From assembly GCA_020137815.1 (NCBI GenBank), contig CM035360.1:744001-808000 (forward strand): a DNA stretch of 64,000 bases, in the 5' to 3' direction. How positions within the stretch are numbered: the stretch's first letter is position 1; every line of letters starts with the position of its first letter. The position numbers and the translations under genes are program-made. Of the stretch, positions 37,710-52,750 are shown in pieces. The stretch is from Hormiphora californensis (lineage: Eukaryota; Animalia; Ctenophora). The notes beneath the pieces are model-generated. The model made no database searches. It was not told the DNA's origin and saw nothing but the letters and a program-made list of their open reading frames with translations.

Positions 37710-38307
37710 GCTCAAATCCCAGGGGAATCACGCTCGAGTTGAACAGTGCAACAACTATTTTTAATGTTTCGTTCAGTAAATTATACAGAATTCATCTTGT
37801 TTTTGCTGTTTACACCCTTATACTCTCCACATCAAGGATGAGATCTACCAAATCAAAAAGAATTCACTAAGTTTGTTCGTTCGTTTGTTTTCTCATTTTC
37901 TATTGTGTAACAATGCGGACCCCATGCGTCACAACTATTATTATTGTTATGCTGAATAATATCACAAGTCAGTGTGTGAGTAATCTGAATAATGACCTTT
38001 CACCGAGGACCGAGATACCCTAACAAGTTATATTCTTCGCATGCTATTATAATAGTCAGTATGTGTGAATATTATGCAATACTAATGATAATCACGACCG
38101 GGTTGACCCACTCTCCCCACCCCTCTCTCGATATAATCAAACACGCAGTTTTTTGTGAATGTTTGCACGTCTGTGGAGTTATAAAACCTGGCCAAGATTC
38201 TTTGTCTAAACAAAGCGAGTAGAGGCAAACAGACATGTCGACTACTACACTTTTAATAGCATCGGATGTCGTTTTAAACACAAAATGTATTGTTAGTGTA
38301 CACTGTC

Positions 38308-38361
<54 letters not shown>

Positions 38362-38385
38362 CTCTCTCTCTCTCTCTAGCTTTCT

Positions 38386-38459
<74 letters not shown>

Positions 38460-40074
38460 CCTCCATGTATCTACCCTCCCCTCCCTCTCCTTCCTCCCTT
38501 CCTCTCCCCACCCAGAGACGGGGAGGGTCCCCCTCCTATTAAGGGCCTACTTCCGGATTCCACACGAGAGTGTGTTGTGTGGTGTGGCGGCGCGTGTCGT
38601 GTAAGAGACTGTACAAACATGGTTCATTTTGACAATGTCCAACTAACTAATTAACGTCAAATTAATACTCAAAATTCAAAATATAATTTCTTACCCTAAT
38701 CGGGCACCACCAACTAGCAGGGGTATAGGATCGCTCTTCTCCCGATCGATGATAATTGTCCTTCGTAACGTTTTACTACTGCAAAGCTGTCGGAACTGGG
38801 AGAGCTCCTGTTTCAAGTTCCACGTTCTCATTTGGGATTCTAATTCCTCTAGAAACTTCCATAACCTGGTGACAGAGGGGTGTTTGTTTGAGGGGGGGGG
38901 GGGTTACAAAATAGGGCTTTGTGCCGGCAACGGAGGGGTAACTAAGTTGCCAGGGGAGAGGGGTTTTTGTTTGAGGGGGGTTACAAAATAGGGCTTTGTG
39001 CCGGCAAGGGAGGGGTAACTAAGTTGCCAGGGCAGAGGGATGTTTGTTGGAGGGGGGTTACAAAATAGGGCTTTCTGGGATTCTAACTCCTCTAGAAAGT
39101 AGAAACTTCCATAACCTGGTGACAGGGTGATGTTTGTTGGATGGGGGTTACGAAATAGGGCTTTGTGCCGGCAACGGAGGGGTAACTAAGTTGCCAGGGG
39201 AGAGGGATGTTTGCCATGCCATTCGGTGTGGCAAGCAGCGCTTGGTCATTCAATATAGGCACGTGAGACATTTTTAGCTGTCTCTGTTTCTATCAGACAG
39301 ACTCTCTCTCTACTCTATATATTGAGAGATCATCTGTTTATAGCTCCCTTACAATGCAGTGTCAAGTGTAAACAAAGGCGTGTTGTAACGCATATAGAGA
39401 CACGTAGACACCGAGTACTAGTCAGTTCACTAAGCATGGTACTGAATAGGCCAACTTGTGAAATGGTAATACAGCCAAAATAAGGGGAACATGGATTACA
39501 ATTTAGGGGGGGTTATTCCCATTGTTCACAGCAATATATAGTGTACTCTTACGTGGTGTTGTAGTCAAAATCAGTAAAATGAGAAGAAACCCAGGCATTG
39601 ACGATACTCAAAATCTTGTATCTGAAGATATTTGGGAGTTAAGAAAATTACTCAAAATCATAACATCAAACAGATAATTAACTATTAATTATGTTTCCAA
39701 CCTGTATTGACTGTCCTCGAACCAGTGAAGAAGAGGTTTTGTTAGGAGGGTCACGTCTGGTATGAATATCCGATAAGTCAGTAGAAAATCCTAAAGATTG
39801 ATAATTAGGAGTTCAGATTTCGAAGATTTGGCTTCGCAAAAAAGTTAAAGCAATTGGTGATTTTTTTTAGGGCAGCAGTATAGCGTTATATTGCGGAAGT
39901 TTGTACTAGCAAAACAATTTCTACAGAAATCAGTTTTCTCTATCTCCCACTCAGCTCTAAAATCTAGAGTCTAGATACATGTACCTATATAGTATATCTT
40001 GTTACAATTTAGAACTGCTACATTCGATTACCGACACATTTCACACTACCTGCTAGAGAACAAACAAACAAACA
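36945..40074 (-). pseudogene. Inverted partial duplicate of RapGEF (REM-PDZ exons with introns; source about 20783-24315)
   Basis: Reverse-complement match over about 3.1 kb, including the identical ORF start MTFHRGPRYPNKLY at 22982(-) and 37992(+); truncated inside the PDZ exon. Confidence 0.92.
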
Positions 40075-40264
40075 ATGAGGGCCGCTGCCGTGAGGATCCG
40101 GACGCTTCAAAGAGGAACCCTGCCGCTACCGAGAGGACACCTTCCCCCACTCCAATAGCCGCTGACAAGAGAACCCCCGCCTACCGCAACCGATAATCCA
40201 GCTGCTGAGATGTCCCCGCATCATAGTAAGTTAACAAACGAAAACTCCTCCCCCAGGCGCCATC

Positions 40265-42480
40265 TAGTCAGGACCACTATTGGTGCGCGGTCGTGCCCAC
40301 GGAAGGAGTGCTTGGATCATCTTGAAACCGGTTTTAAGTTAACTAATACATATCCAAAAGTGTCTGTAGCTATTTGGGTGATGTTCTGACAATCCAATTA
40401 CGAGTTATGACCAAAAAACAGTCAAAAAAGACGTTTTAAAGTGACAAAAAGGAGGACCTGAACACAGCCCTTATATGAAGGGTTGGGGCTATGAAACTTC
40501 TTGAGTGGACAGAGAATCGTCCAAATTTGCAGTGTCAACTTTGGAATAGTTTCTATCTTTTGTAGTTATTTAATTAGAGCCGTTTAAGGGTACGCTAACC
40601 AAAAATTTTTTTCGAGTGCAGGGAAATCTCTCACCGTAGGGTTGTAGGCCATGCCAAGGAGACCTCAAATATGCAATTTGAGCTCTCAAGTCGAATTCAT
40701 ATTTTTGCTACAGCTGCTTGAAAAATGAACTGAAAATAAGTTTTTGGCATCTTAAAAATACATTTGTAAAGATAGGATCATAAAAATTTGTGGATTTGAA
40801 GAGGACAAAGAGGTGAGTAGCCACAAAAATTTTTTTTGAAATCCGAGGTGATTTCCGGTCCTGAGATGGATTTCTTTTTTTCCACTTTAACGCCCTATTT
40901 GGCAAAGTTCCGAAAACATGTGAAAGCTGTAAATTGGTGAAAAGTTGCGTCTAACGATTATCTAAGTGGCCATAAATTTTGGGCGTGTCCTTATTTGAGA
41001 TAAGCTGTACAGAGTTTTTTTTGTGAAAGCCGTCATTTCAGAAATAAATAAATTCCCTGTATCTCAAAAACGACTGATCGTAGAGACCTGAGACTATGCT
41101 TAAACGATTCAGAAGGTCCGATTTTGGGGGGGTCTTCTGAGAGACATTTTGCTCCTACTTCAACCGTTTTTGCTGTAATTGCGAAAAACAAATTCTATGA
41201 AAAGGGCAAAAGCTAAACTCCAATATCCTGTAATTAGGGAATTTTAGCTAAGAAAGGACCGAAACTATGGAAAAGTGTGTAACAAGCTAATTCCTTCACT
41301 ATTTGGTCCATATGGGTCCCTATAATCACCAAAAACAAAATCACAAAAAATCCACGATGGCGAAGATGGGTTTTTGTTTTTCGCAATTACAGCAAAAACG
41401 GTTGAAGTAGGAGCAAAATGTCTCTCAGAAGACCCCCCCAAAATCGGACCTTCTGAATCGTTTAAGCATAGTCTCAGGTCTCTACGATCAGTCGTTTTTG
41501 AGATACAGGGAATTAATTTATTTCTGAAATGACGGCTTTCACAAAAAAAACTCTGTACAGCTTATCTCAAATAAGGACACGCCCAAAATTTATGGCCACT
41601 TAGATAATCGTTAGACGCAACTTTTCACCAATTTACAGCTTTCACATGTTTTCGGAACTTTGCCAAATAGGGCGTTAAAGTGGAAAAAAAGAAATCCATC
41701 TCAGGACCGGAAATCAGCTCGGATTGCGAAAAAAATTTTTGTGGTTATTCACCTTCATGTCCTCTTCAAATCCCCAAATTTTCATGCTCCTATCTTTAGA
41801 AAAAAAATTTTTGAGATGCCAAAAACGTATTTACAGGACATTTTTTAAACAGCTGTAGCAAAAATATGAATTCGACTTAAGGGCTAAAATTGCATATTTG
41901 AGGTCTCCTTGGTATGGCCTACAACCCTACGGTGAGAGATTTCCCTGCACTCGAAAAAAATTTTTGGTTAGCGTACCCTTAAACATGTGAGAAGATGCTG
42001 TAGGGGCCTCTAATAGTGTGTATTTTTGCTTGTGAAGTGATCACTTGACGAGATTTACCCAATTAGAGAGCAGATTAAAGCATACAAGCGGTGAGAGCAA
42101 GCAATATGGGTCGGAAACAGTACCAAATTACCCTATTTTGCAGACCGTCTCACATGTTTAAACAGCTCTAATTAGATAACTACAAAAGATAGAAACTATT
42201 CCAAAGTTGACACTGCATATTTGGACGATTCTCTGTCCACTCAAGAAGTTTCATAGCCCCAACCCTTCATATAAGGGCTGTGTTCAGGTCCTCCTTTTTG
42301 TCACTTTAAAACGTCTTTTTTGACTGTTTTTTGGTCATAACTCGTGATTGGATTGTCAGAACATCACCCAAATAGCTACAGACACTTTTGGGTATGCATT
42401 AGTTAACTTGAAACCGGTTTCAAGATGATCCAAGCACTCCTTCCGTGGGCACGACCGCACACCAATAGTGGTCCTGACTA
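40265..42480. mobile_element. Non-autonomous foldback transposon with TAG...CTA termini and 3-bp TSD (Academ-like)
   Basis: Inverted arms of about 920 bp starting TAGTCAGGACCACTATTGG; ATC on both flanks. Confidence 0.8.
41983..42157. mobile_element. TTAA-targeting MITE (piggyBac/Kolobok-like) nested in the right arm
   Basis: TTAA|ACATGTGAGA...TCTCACATGT|TTAA; the left arm shows the empty TTAA site near 40585. Confidence 0.8.
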
Positions 42481-42602
42481 ATCAGTGATGGCCCATCACT
42501 CATGACGCATCAATCCCATGTGACATGCCATTGTTATCCACTATCTTTCCAACTTATTTTCTTCCATAAAATCCAATCTATGATCTACCCCTCCCTTCTC
42601 AG

Positions 42603-44200
42603 ATACTGTGAGCGAAGTGATGGGGGAACTGTCAACTGGGAGTACAAGCACCAGTACCATTTGATATGGACCAAATTACCCAAGTAATTACGAAGTGTGT
42701 GGATGCTGCGGTAACTAGGGCACTGGCTAATTACCAGTTAATGAACCCCCGACATCTACACCCGCTACAGAGGAAGAACGACCGAGAAGAAAAAGAAGGA
42801 AGCAGGAGGTGACACGTGCGCCTCTGCCTTTGAATGATTGTACCAATTTGCCTGATATCCCGAAGGAGAATCCACACTTCGAGGTAACATTTTACATTCT
42901 AAACCCCTGATTTCCGAATCAATTGTTCTCATCTCAATTTCAAGAATATTACACGGGTCCTTACTGTGGCTGAGATCCCATAAAAATGTATACTCGATGG
43001 TGCTCGATATCACACAGCACATTATGGCTTCACCTGTGAAACTTAGCACCACAGCTAGGTCCCATTCCCATTTGAGAGAGACTAATTTGAACATTCAACA
43101 GGTCAATAACAAAATGCTGGTGTGTAAGTTGTGTGTAAAGAACCCTACCGAGGCACTCAACATGAACTTCCCGCAAACTCGGTACGGAGATGATGGGAAG
43201 CAGTCGGTGCTATGGACTAAGAAGATGTGCCGGCTTCTAGACAGGTCCTTTTCAACACAAAACACAGTGTGTCTTACAAGTGAGGCCATGTTTTATATTT
43301 AATTGTATACAGACATACAGTATATCATTTTTGAACATTGCATAAAACAGAAAGCTAGTATGTGCGGTGTGAAAATGACCTTTGACTAAACTCCAGATTA
43401 TTTCAGGCAGTTTGCGGCACAAGTGGAGGTCTCCATTATCAATGGGGAGGAGTGGGGAACCACGTTTCAAATTCAATCAAGAAAACTGGGGCAGTTCTTG
43501 AATGAAAATGATTTCACGGTAACGGCAGACAAGGGTACTTCCATGGGAAGGTAGTTCATTGTTAATTCATGGATAGACTAATTGTTAGTTTCAGGTGTGC
43601 CCGGTAGCCGGTTTCCAAATGATGAGAAGCTTCAAAGGTCAAACATAGTGACGTGACCAAGTGATAATAATATTCTGAATATTCTGAATTCTCAGGAAGC
43701 GGCTGATCATCGCTGTGCGGACCAGTAACTGTATTTGTCACGTTGGCCACCCCTATGTGGGGAAGAAAAGCGATGGCATTACACCGGGGAAGCTTGTGTA
43801 CGATTCCATCTGTGCACTTGGTGTTACTCCGACCGGCTTCATGGAGCACTTCAAAGGAGTATGCTATGATGGCCAGCTTGTGAAAATACATGTAGGTTTT
43901 TAATTACACTGCATACACTCCAGAGTCCACAATCCATGGAGACTGAATCACTTCAAATGTCCAGGGGTTCACTCTCCCCTTTCCCAGGGAGACTGAACCA
44001 CTTCAAATATCCAGGGGTTCAATATCCACTCTGTCTCCTCACCAACTTCCAGGGATTGTTGATAAGACCTCTCTCCTCTCAATTCCCCACTCCTCTATCT
44101 TACTAACTCCCCTCTCTTCAGATTATCACATGCTGGACCAGAGAAATGTATTGCTAATTGTTACTATACAGATGAGTTTACTGAATATGAAGCGATCAGG
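42603..44200 (+). pseudogene. Decayed intron-containing hAT-like transposase
   Basis: Exon-like blocks LVCKLC, FTVTADKGTSMGR|KRLIIAV and FKGVCYDGQ resemble the first two catalytic Asp motifs of hAT transposases; stops and frameshifts present. Confidence 0.5.
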
Positions 44201-46439
44201 CTCCTAAATTGATAGACTTCCCTGCCTCACACAGAGGTCATTTATATGATGATTGGAGATGAACGGAAACTGTGTGCCAATGGACCATATTGTTAGTTCA
44301 GGTAGAACAGTTGAATCTCCTGCTAAGGGTATAGGTAGGGTGGTTTATCGTCTCCTTTCAAAGGGGTGTACTCTCCCTTTCCCCGAAGAGACTGGACCCA
44401 TTCAAAACGTCCGGAGGTTCACTCTCCCTCTGAAGTCTGAACTCTGAACCCCCACTAACTCCCGGGGATCGGTCATCGGGCACCCATGGGGCAGTATATT
44501 ATAGTTTACTCTGTCCAGCGAATCAATGTAGCGGGTGACCCGCTCAATATTAACCCGGGTTTATTGATTAGGGTAGCAACTGACTTTTTGAAACGTTTGA
44601 AACGGTGGCTAATTTGAAACACCCCCTCCAGAGTTCAGTAGGTGCACCCGATTTGGATTTTTAGACATCAGTAGGCTAGTCCGAACCCATGCCAAGCTCA
44701 CCGATGTCTAAAATCCAAATCTGGTGCCGCCGTTTCAAATAGCCAGTCGCTTTCCATATATAGGACTAATATAATACTTGTTTCAGGTTGCCAAAGCTAA
44801 AGTAACGAGTGTCAAACATCAAGTGTTTACTTGTGCTGTTGCACCGACCCCCGCACAACAACAATACAAGTGTTTACTACCTTCACTCCAATCGGTGTCC
44901 CCGATCCAAAGTTCTTGATTTCCGGAGTGTACAATTGTTTGAAACTCTATTTTGAAGAAGAAGTGACTTTATATAATTATACCTGTGTGGGAGAGAGAGA
45001 AAAAGAGAGAGAAAAATAGAGATGAGAGAAGAGAGAGAGGGAGAGGAGAGAGAGGGAGAGAAGAGAGAGAGAGAGAGGGAGAGGAGAGAGAGAGAGAGAG
45101 AGAGACGAGAGAGAGAGAGAGAAGAGAGGAGGAGAAGAGAGAGAGAGAGATAGAGAGACGACTGAGAAAAAATATATATTGACTGTAAATTTACTCCACA
45201 TTCTTCCAAACAATATCGTATATCACGTGTTTTAGTTTGATTAACAATGAATAAGCGATCCACTTAAAAGAAAAGTGATGAACCTTTTTTGCTGATGTTG
45301 GTGTGATGTCGGAATGCGGTTCTGTATGGCGGCGCCATATCCCATTTGATTCTCACAAGGAAGAGACGCTCAGATGGGTGCGCGGCGCCAGACAGGAATC
45401 GATAGGGTACTGGAGATGTGAGATTGAGGATGGGCGGGAAAAGCGTGAAAATGGAGATTAGCGAGCGGCAGGACGTGAGGGCCAGAATTACGGTTACGTG
45501 GATGCATGAAGCACGACGAAAAATTTCATGACGTAAATTTTAACCGATTCTTTCTCAATACGTTTCCGTTTTTCAGTTGGCCCTCCGAAAATCTTCCAAA
45601 AACAAAGTGATATGAGCGCCAGGACTGTATTCGGTATCTTAGACTGCGCTTATCATTTGCGATGGTTCGCTCAATAACTGTATCGATTTGCCTGCGACAT
45701 GGGGGGCGCGACGTGCCCAATGTATCGATAAGGGGATATCGGGGCAGGGGCAAGGCGGCTGCAAGTGACGCTGATGAATATTTATATCGTATGGACTAAT
45801 TCCACAATAATTTATTGATTCCATTGATTTCTACTGTATAATTTATTATATATTTTATTTTAAGGCCGATATTGGCCGCCCCCCCCCCCGTTTTTCTTTT
45901 TTTCTTTTTCATTTTTTCTTTTTTTTCATTGGAATGCGCTGCAGCCCCCTCATGCGCGCACCCCCGCTTATATATTATAAGGGGCCTGCAACGTATGCCA
46001 ATTTTTTTCAATTTTTCTTCTTTTTCTTTTTCATTTTTTTTTTTTTTGTTAAAAATTTATCGTGCACTCATGCACCGCCAGGCTTGTTTTGAATCTTTCT
46101 GTTATTTCTTTTCCATTGTAGCGCTGATTTGATGCCCCTGCGCTGTAGTAAGCTTTCAATTTAAGGAGCTCAATGCAAATTTCAAAACGTCTCACCAAAC
46201 CTATTCTCTCGTTCGTTAAGAGATAAAATTCCAGTGTCGCTTTCCCAGTGTTAGCCTTGACTCCGCATCTCTGTTAAGATCTCTGAAGTTTGTGTGCACT
46301 CAGCGCCGCGTGACGGCTCAAAGGACGTAAAAAAATGTTTCTTGCTCTTTTTTTCCCCTATTGTTCATTTTTTTCTTTGTTGTGGTACTAAAAATCAAAA
46401 GGCCCCATAAGAGGCTTAGACGGTTTGCAAACGTTTCAG

Positions 46440-47720
<1,281 letters not shown>

Positions 47721-48245
47721 TTCACGCAATTCGCAATATACCAGTCTCAGTCATTTAAAATCACACAGTATGTATCTTTCTTTTCCCACGGTTCGAAAAT
47801 TTTCCCACGGTCAAAAACTTTCCCACGGGGCGTGGGAAATACCGTAAGAGCTTTCACTATTCAAAAAAACCGAATTTTTTTCTTTTTTTTCAGTTTTTCT
47901 TTTTTTCTTTTTCATTTTTTCTTTTTTTTCAATTTTTCTTCTTTTTCTTTTTCATTTTTTCTTTTTTTGTTAAAAAATTCATCGTGCACTCATGCACCGC
48001 CATAGGCGTGTTTTGAAGCTTTCTGTGTAATTTCTTCGCCATTGTAGCGCTGATTTTGATGTCCTGCGCTGTAGTAAAGCTTTCAATTTGAAGGAGCTCA
48101 ATGCAAAATTTTCAAAAACGTCTCTACCAAACCTATTTCTCTCGCGTCTCCGTTGAAGAGATAAAATTCCCAGCTGTGTCAGCCTTTCCCAGTAGTTAAG
48201 GCCTTGACATTCCGCAATTCTCCTGTTAAAGAATCTCTGTATAGT

Positions 48246-48809
48246 TTGTGTGCACTCATGCGCCGCGTGAACGGCTCAAAAGTGCACGGTAAAAAAATTG
48301 TTCCATTTTTTTGACAAATGTTCATTTGCCTCAAATGTTGTTTTTAGACGTCGTCCCGCCGTCCGCCAAGCTTACCACGTCGTCTAGACCGAGGCTGTAC
48401 CTGTCTAGACGTGTTTTACCCCAGATGGGCTTGAGACGGATTCAGATGGGCTTGAGACGGGCTAAAACAGGCTCAAACAGGCTCGAAACGGGATTGAAAG
48501 AGGCTTGAGACGGGTTGAAATAGGCTAAAGACTTGCGTTTTACGAGTAGCCCATCTCACGCCTGTTTCGAGCCCGTTTCAAGCCCATTTCAACCCGTATC
48601 AAGCCCATTTGACTCCATCTCAAGCCCATCTGGGGTAAAACACGTCTAGACGGGTACAGCCTCGGTCTAGACGACGTGGCAAGCTTGGCGGACGGCGGGA
48701 CGACGTCTAAAAACAACATTTGAGGCAAATGAACATTTGTCAAAAAAATGGAACAATTTTTTTACTGTGCACTTTTGAGCCGTTCACGCGGCGCATGAGT
48801 GCACACAAA
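48246..48809. repeat. Palindromic element with arms of about 200 bp
   Basis: Same ORF start MTNVHLPQMLF on both strands; near-identical arms. Confidence 0.8.
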
Positions 48810-49106
48810 ATTTTCAAAAATCGTTTTTTTTCATTTTTAAAAATTTTTTCTTTTTTTCTTTTTTTCATGTTTTTGTTGAAAATTCCATCGTGCACTCATG
48901 CACCGCCATACGTAAGTCAAACAAAAAAGATTTTCAAACTTTTGGAGACAAAAATTTTTCAATTTTTTTTGGCAGTTTTACTCGAAATTCAAAACAGGGT
49001 GCGCGTCGCAATGCCAAAATGCGCGTCGCATGCGCGTCGCATTGTGCGCGTCTCAACACAGTGTCTCGCCTCCATTTTGTTCGAAAACGCGAACGTCTTA
49101 TCTTGA

Positions 49107-49556
49107 TAGGGATCCCTAAAAAAGTTCAGTATTTACACAGAGTTTACACAGTCTTTACACAGTCATTACACCCAGAGCGGCGCGTGCTGCGTTTTGCGGC
49201 TTTTTCTAAGAAAATATTGGATTTTGTGCTGCACAATTGAGTAAATTGAGCGCTGCGGCGAAAAAAGTTTCCGAAAACGCTGCAAATCGAGTGCGAAAGA
49301 CGCAGTCTTTACACCCAGAGCGGCGCGGGCGCTCTGGGTGTAACGACTGTGTAAAGACTGTGTAAACTCTGTGTATAATCCATTTTTTTTCAACTGTTCA
49401 CCCCCCAAAGTCGTGCGCGGAATTGTTTTGCGCGTCTATCATATGTTAACATGTAGCGCGCGCAGCGTAAATTAAAATATCGCACGCGCACGAGTTGGAG
49501 GGTGAACAGTTGAATAAAAATGGACTTTAAATACTGAACTTTTTTAGGGATCCCTA
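49107..49556. mobile_element. MITE with TAG...CTA termini and 4-bp TSD (Academ-like)
   Basis: TTGA|TAGGGATCCCTAAAAAAGTTCAGTATTTA ... TAAATACTGAACTTTTTTAGGGATCCCTA|TTGA. Confidence 0.75.
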
Positions 49557-49716
49557 TTGATTGCGCACAATTAAAAATTAAATTGCGAAGCGCACGCGCG
49601 CGGTTGCAGATTTTATGTTTTACGCTGCATTGCTCGCACGCCGCGCCGCCTTGAAAAAATCAAAATGCCAAAACGATTTAATTTCTTTCTTTCTTTTTTC
49701 AGTACACGTGATTTCT

Positions 49717-49949
49717 GGGCGGCGTTAAAATCTGGGTGTTTGCGTGAAATGACGTCATATGGCGCGTGCGAGTTCGCGCGCGACCAACCTGCCTGATCTC
49801 AGCTCAAGGCAGTCCGCGCGTTACGTCAAGTCAACAGAATGTAACTTAGTGTACCAAATCACCAAATCAATAGATATTTTATGTTCTTCATCACACGTTT
49901 CCTTTCTATCTTCCTTCTTTCTTTCTGATATTTATGTCTTTAAATTATC

Positions 49950-50021
<72 letters not shown>

Positions 50022-52750
50022 TCTCTCACACACATTCCGCCTACTTTATCATCTCCCAGGAGACTTCATGAGACACCATGAAACTTCATGAGACAATACA
50101 ATACATGGCGACACCATGAGATATGTCTTGTGATGTCTTGTGATGTCTTGTGATGTCTCATGATGTCTCATGATGTCTCATGATATCTCAAAATATCTCA
50201 CGATGTTCCATGATGTCTCATCAGGTATCATAATGTCTTTTGAGGAGTCATGGGACATCACAAGACATCACAAGACATCACAAGACATCATGAGACATCA
50301 TGAGACATCATGAGACATCATGAGACATCATGAGACATCATGAGACATCATGAGACATCATGAGACATCATGAGACATCATGAGACATCATGAGACATCA
50401 TGAGACATCATGAGACATCATGAGACATCGCTCTCCCTCTCTCACTCTCTCTTTCTCTTTCTCTCACACACATTCCGCCTACTTTATCATCTCCCAGGAG
50501 ACTTCATGAGACACCATGAAACTTCATGAGACAATACAATACATGGCGACACCATGAGATATGTCTTGTGATGTCTTGTGATGTCTTGTGATGTCTCATG
50601 ATGTCTCATGATGTCTCATGATATCTCAAAATATCTCACGATGTTCCATGATGTCTCATCAGGTATCATAATGTCTTTTGACACATGAGACATCATGAGA
50701 CAGACCATGACAGACCATGACAGACCATGACAGACCATGACAGACCATGACAGACCATGACAGACCATGACAGACCATGACAGACCATGACAGACCATGA
50801 CAGACCATGACAGACCATGACAGACCATGACAGACCATGACAGACCATGACAGACCATGACAGACCATGACAGACCATGACAGACCATGACAGACCATGA
50901 CAGACCATGACAGACCATGACAGACCATGACAGACCATGACAGACCATGACAGACCATGACAGACCATGACAGACCATGACAGACCATGACAGACCATGA
51001 CAGACCATGACAGACCATGACAGACCATGACAGACCATGACAGAGTCATAGTCATAGTCATAGTCATAGTCATAGTCATAGTCATAGTCATAGTCATAGT
51101 CATAGTCATAGTCATAGTCATAGTCATAGTCATAGTCATAGTCATAGTCATAGTCATAGTCATAGTCATAGTCATAGTCATAGTCATAGTCATAGTCATA
51201 GTCATAGTCATAGTCATAGTCATAGTCATAGTCATAATGGAGACCATGATCGAGACGGGAGACCATGATCCAGACCGTGATCGGTGATCCAGACTATGAT
51301 CCAGACCATGAACGATACTATGATTGTTAGAATAAGGCTTTAATTATCTCTTTAACAGTCCTTATTTCTTACTAGGCGATTGGCACCGGTAAGGCGTAAG
51401 CGATCAAGTCTTTTAATTTTGTAAGTTTGTCACACACTTTTATCACACAATTTGGACGTTTCTGGTCAAAACCAGACCATGACAGACCATGACAGACCAT
51501 GACAGACCATGACAGACCATGACAGACCATGACAGAGTCATAGTCATAGTCATAGTCATAGTCATAGTCATAGTCATAGTCATAGTCATAGTCATAGTCA
51601 TAGTCATAGTCATAGTCATAGTCATAGTCATAGTCATAGTCATAGTCATAGTCATAGTCATAGTCATAGTCATAGTCATAGTCATAGTCATAGTCATAGT
51701 CATAGTCATAGTCATAGTCATAGTCATAGTCATAATGGAGACCATGATCGAGACGGGAGACCATGATCCAGACCGTGATCGGTGATCCAGACTATGATCC
51801 AGACCATGAACGATACTATGATTGTTAGAATAAGGCTTTAATTATCTCTTTAACAGTCCTTATTTCTTACTAGGCGATTGGCACCGGTAAGGCGTAAGCG
51901 ATCAAGTCTTTTAATTTTGTAAGTTTGTCACACACTTTTATCACACAATTTGGACGTTTCTGGTCAAAACCAGACCATGACAGACCATGACAGACCATGA
52001 CAGACCATGACAGACCATGACAGACCATGACAGAGTCATAGTCATAGTCATAGTCATAGTCATAGTCATAGTCATAGTCATAGTCATAGTCATAGTCATA
52101 GTCATAGTCATAGTCATAGTCATAGTCATAGTCATAGTCATAGTCATAGTCATAGTCATAGTCATAGTCATAGTCATAGTCATAGTCATAGTCATAGTCA
52201 TAGTCATAGTCATAGTCATAGTCATAGTCATAGTCATAGTCATAGTCATAGTCATAATGGAGACCATGATCGAGACGGGAGACCATGATCCAGACCGTGA
52301 TCGGTGATCCAGACTATGATCCAGACCATGAACGATACTATGATTGTTAGAATAAGGCTTTAATTATCTCTTTAACAGTCCTTATTTCTTACTAGGCGAT
52401 TGGCACCGGTAAGGCGTAAGCGATCAAGTCTTTTAATTTTGTAAGTTTGTCACACACTTTTATCACACAATTTGGACGTTTCTGGTCAAAACCCTCGTTC
52501 TTAATTCTTATCTAAATACATTCCTTTTTAAGCCCGTCAACAACAATCGTTATTGTTCTTTATTTTAACCCTCAAAGCCTGTTTTTCGGATTTTTTTCGA
52601 CTTTTTCTCTTTTTCTCTTTTTTGAAAAAGTTTCAGTTCAAAAATTTGAACTGATTCGAGCTGTGATTTTCTCCGAGCGAAAAAACCACGCGCGCGCGGC
52701 GTAAATTCTGGATTTGCGCGTAACCAAACACCCAGATTTTAACGTCGCCC
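49717..52750. mobile_element. Non-autonomous Mutator-like (MULE) element with 9-bp TSD carrying satellite arrays
   Basis: 26-bp TIR GGGCG(G/A)CGTTAAAATCTGGGTGTTTG; TSD GTGATTTCT at 49708-49716 and 52751-52759. Confidence 0.85.
50120..52492. repeat. Composite satellite: (ATGAGACATC)n, (ATGACAGACC)n and (ATAGTC)n with a three-copy higher-order unit
   Basis: An apparently identical ~240-bp spacer ends at about 51472, 51970 and 52492. Confidence 0.95.

Noticed and set aside
51240-51472. Spacer of the higher-order repeat as a spliced-leader RNA or snRNA gene
   Set aside because: No resemblance to the ctenophore SL sequence as I recall it, and no convincing RNA-gene motif
50616-52307. ORFs of (YD)n, (MT)n, (VI)n and VMVCHGLSWS repeats; CRISPR-like periodicity
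   Set aside because: Translations of satellite DNA; the spacers are identical rather than unique, and there are no cas genes
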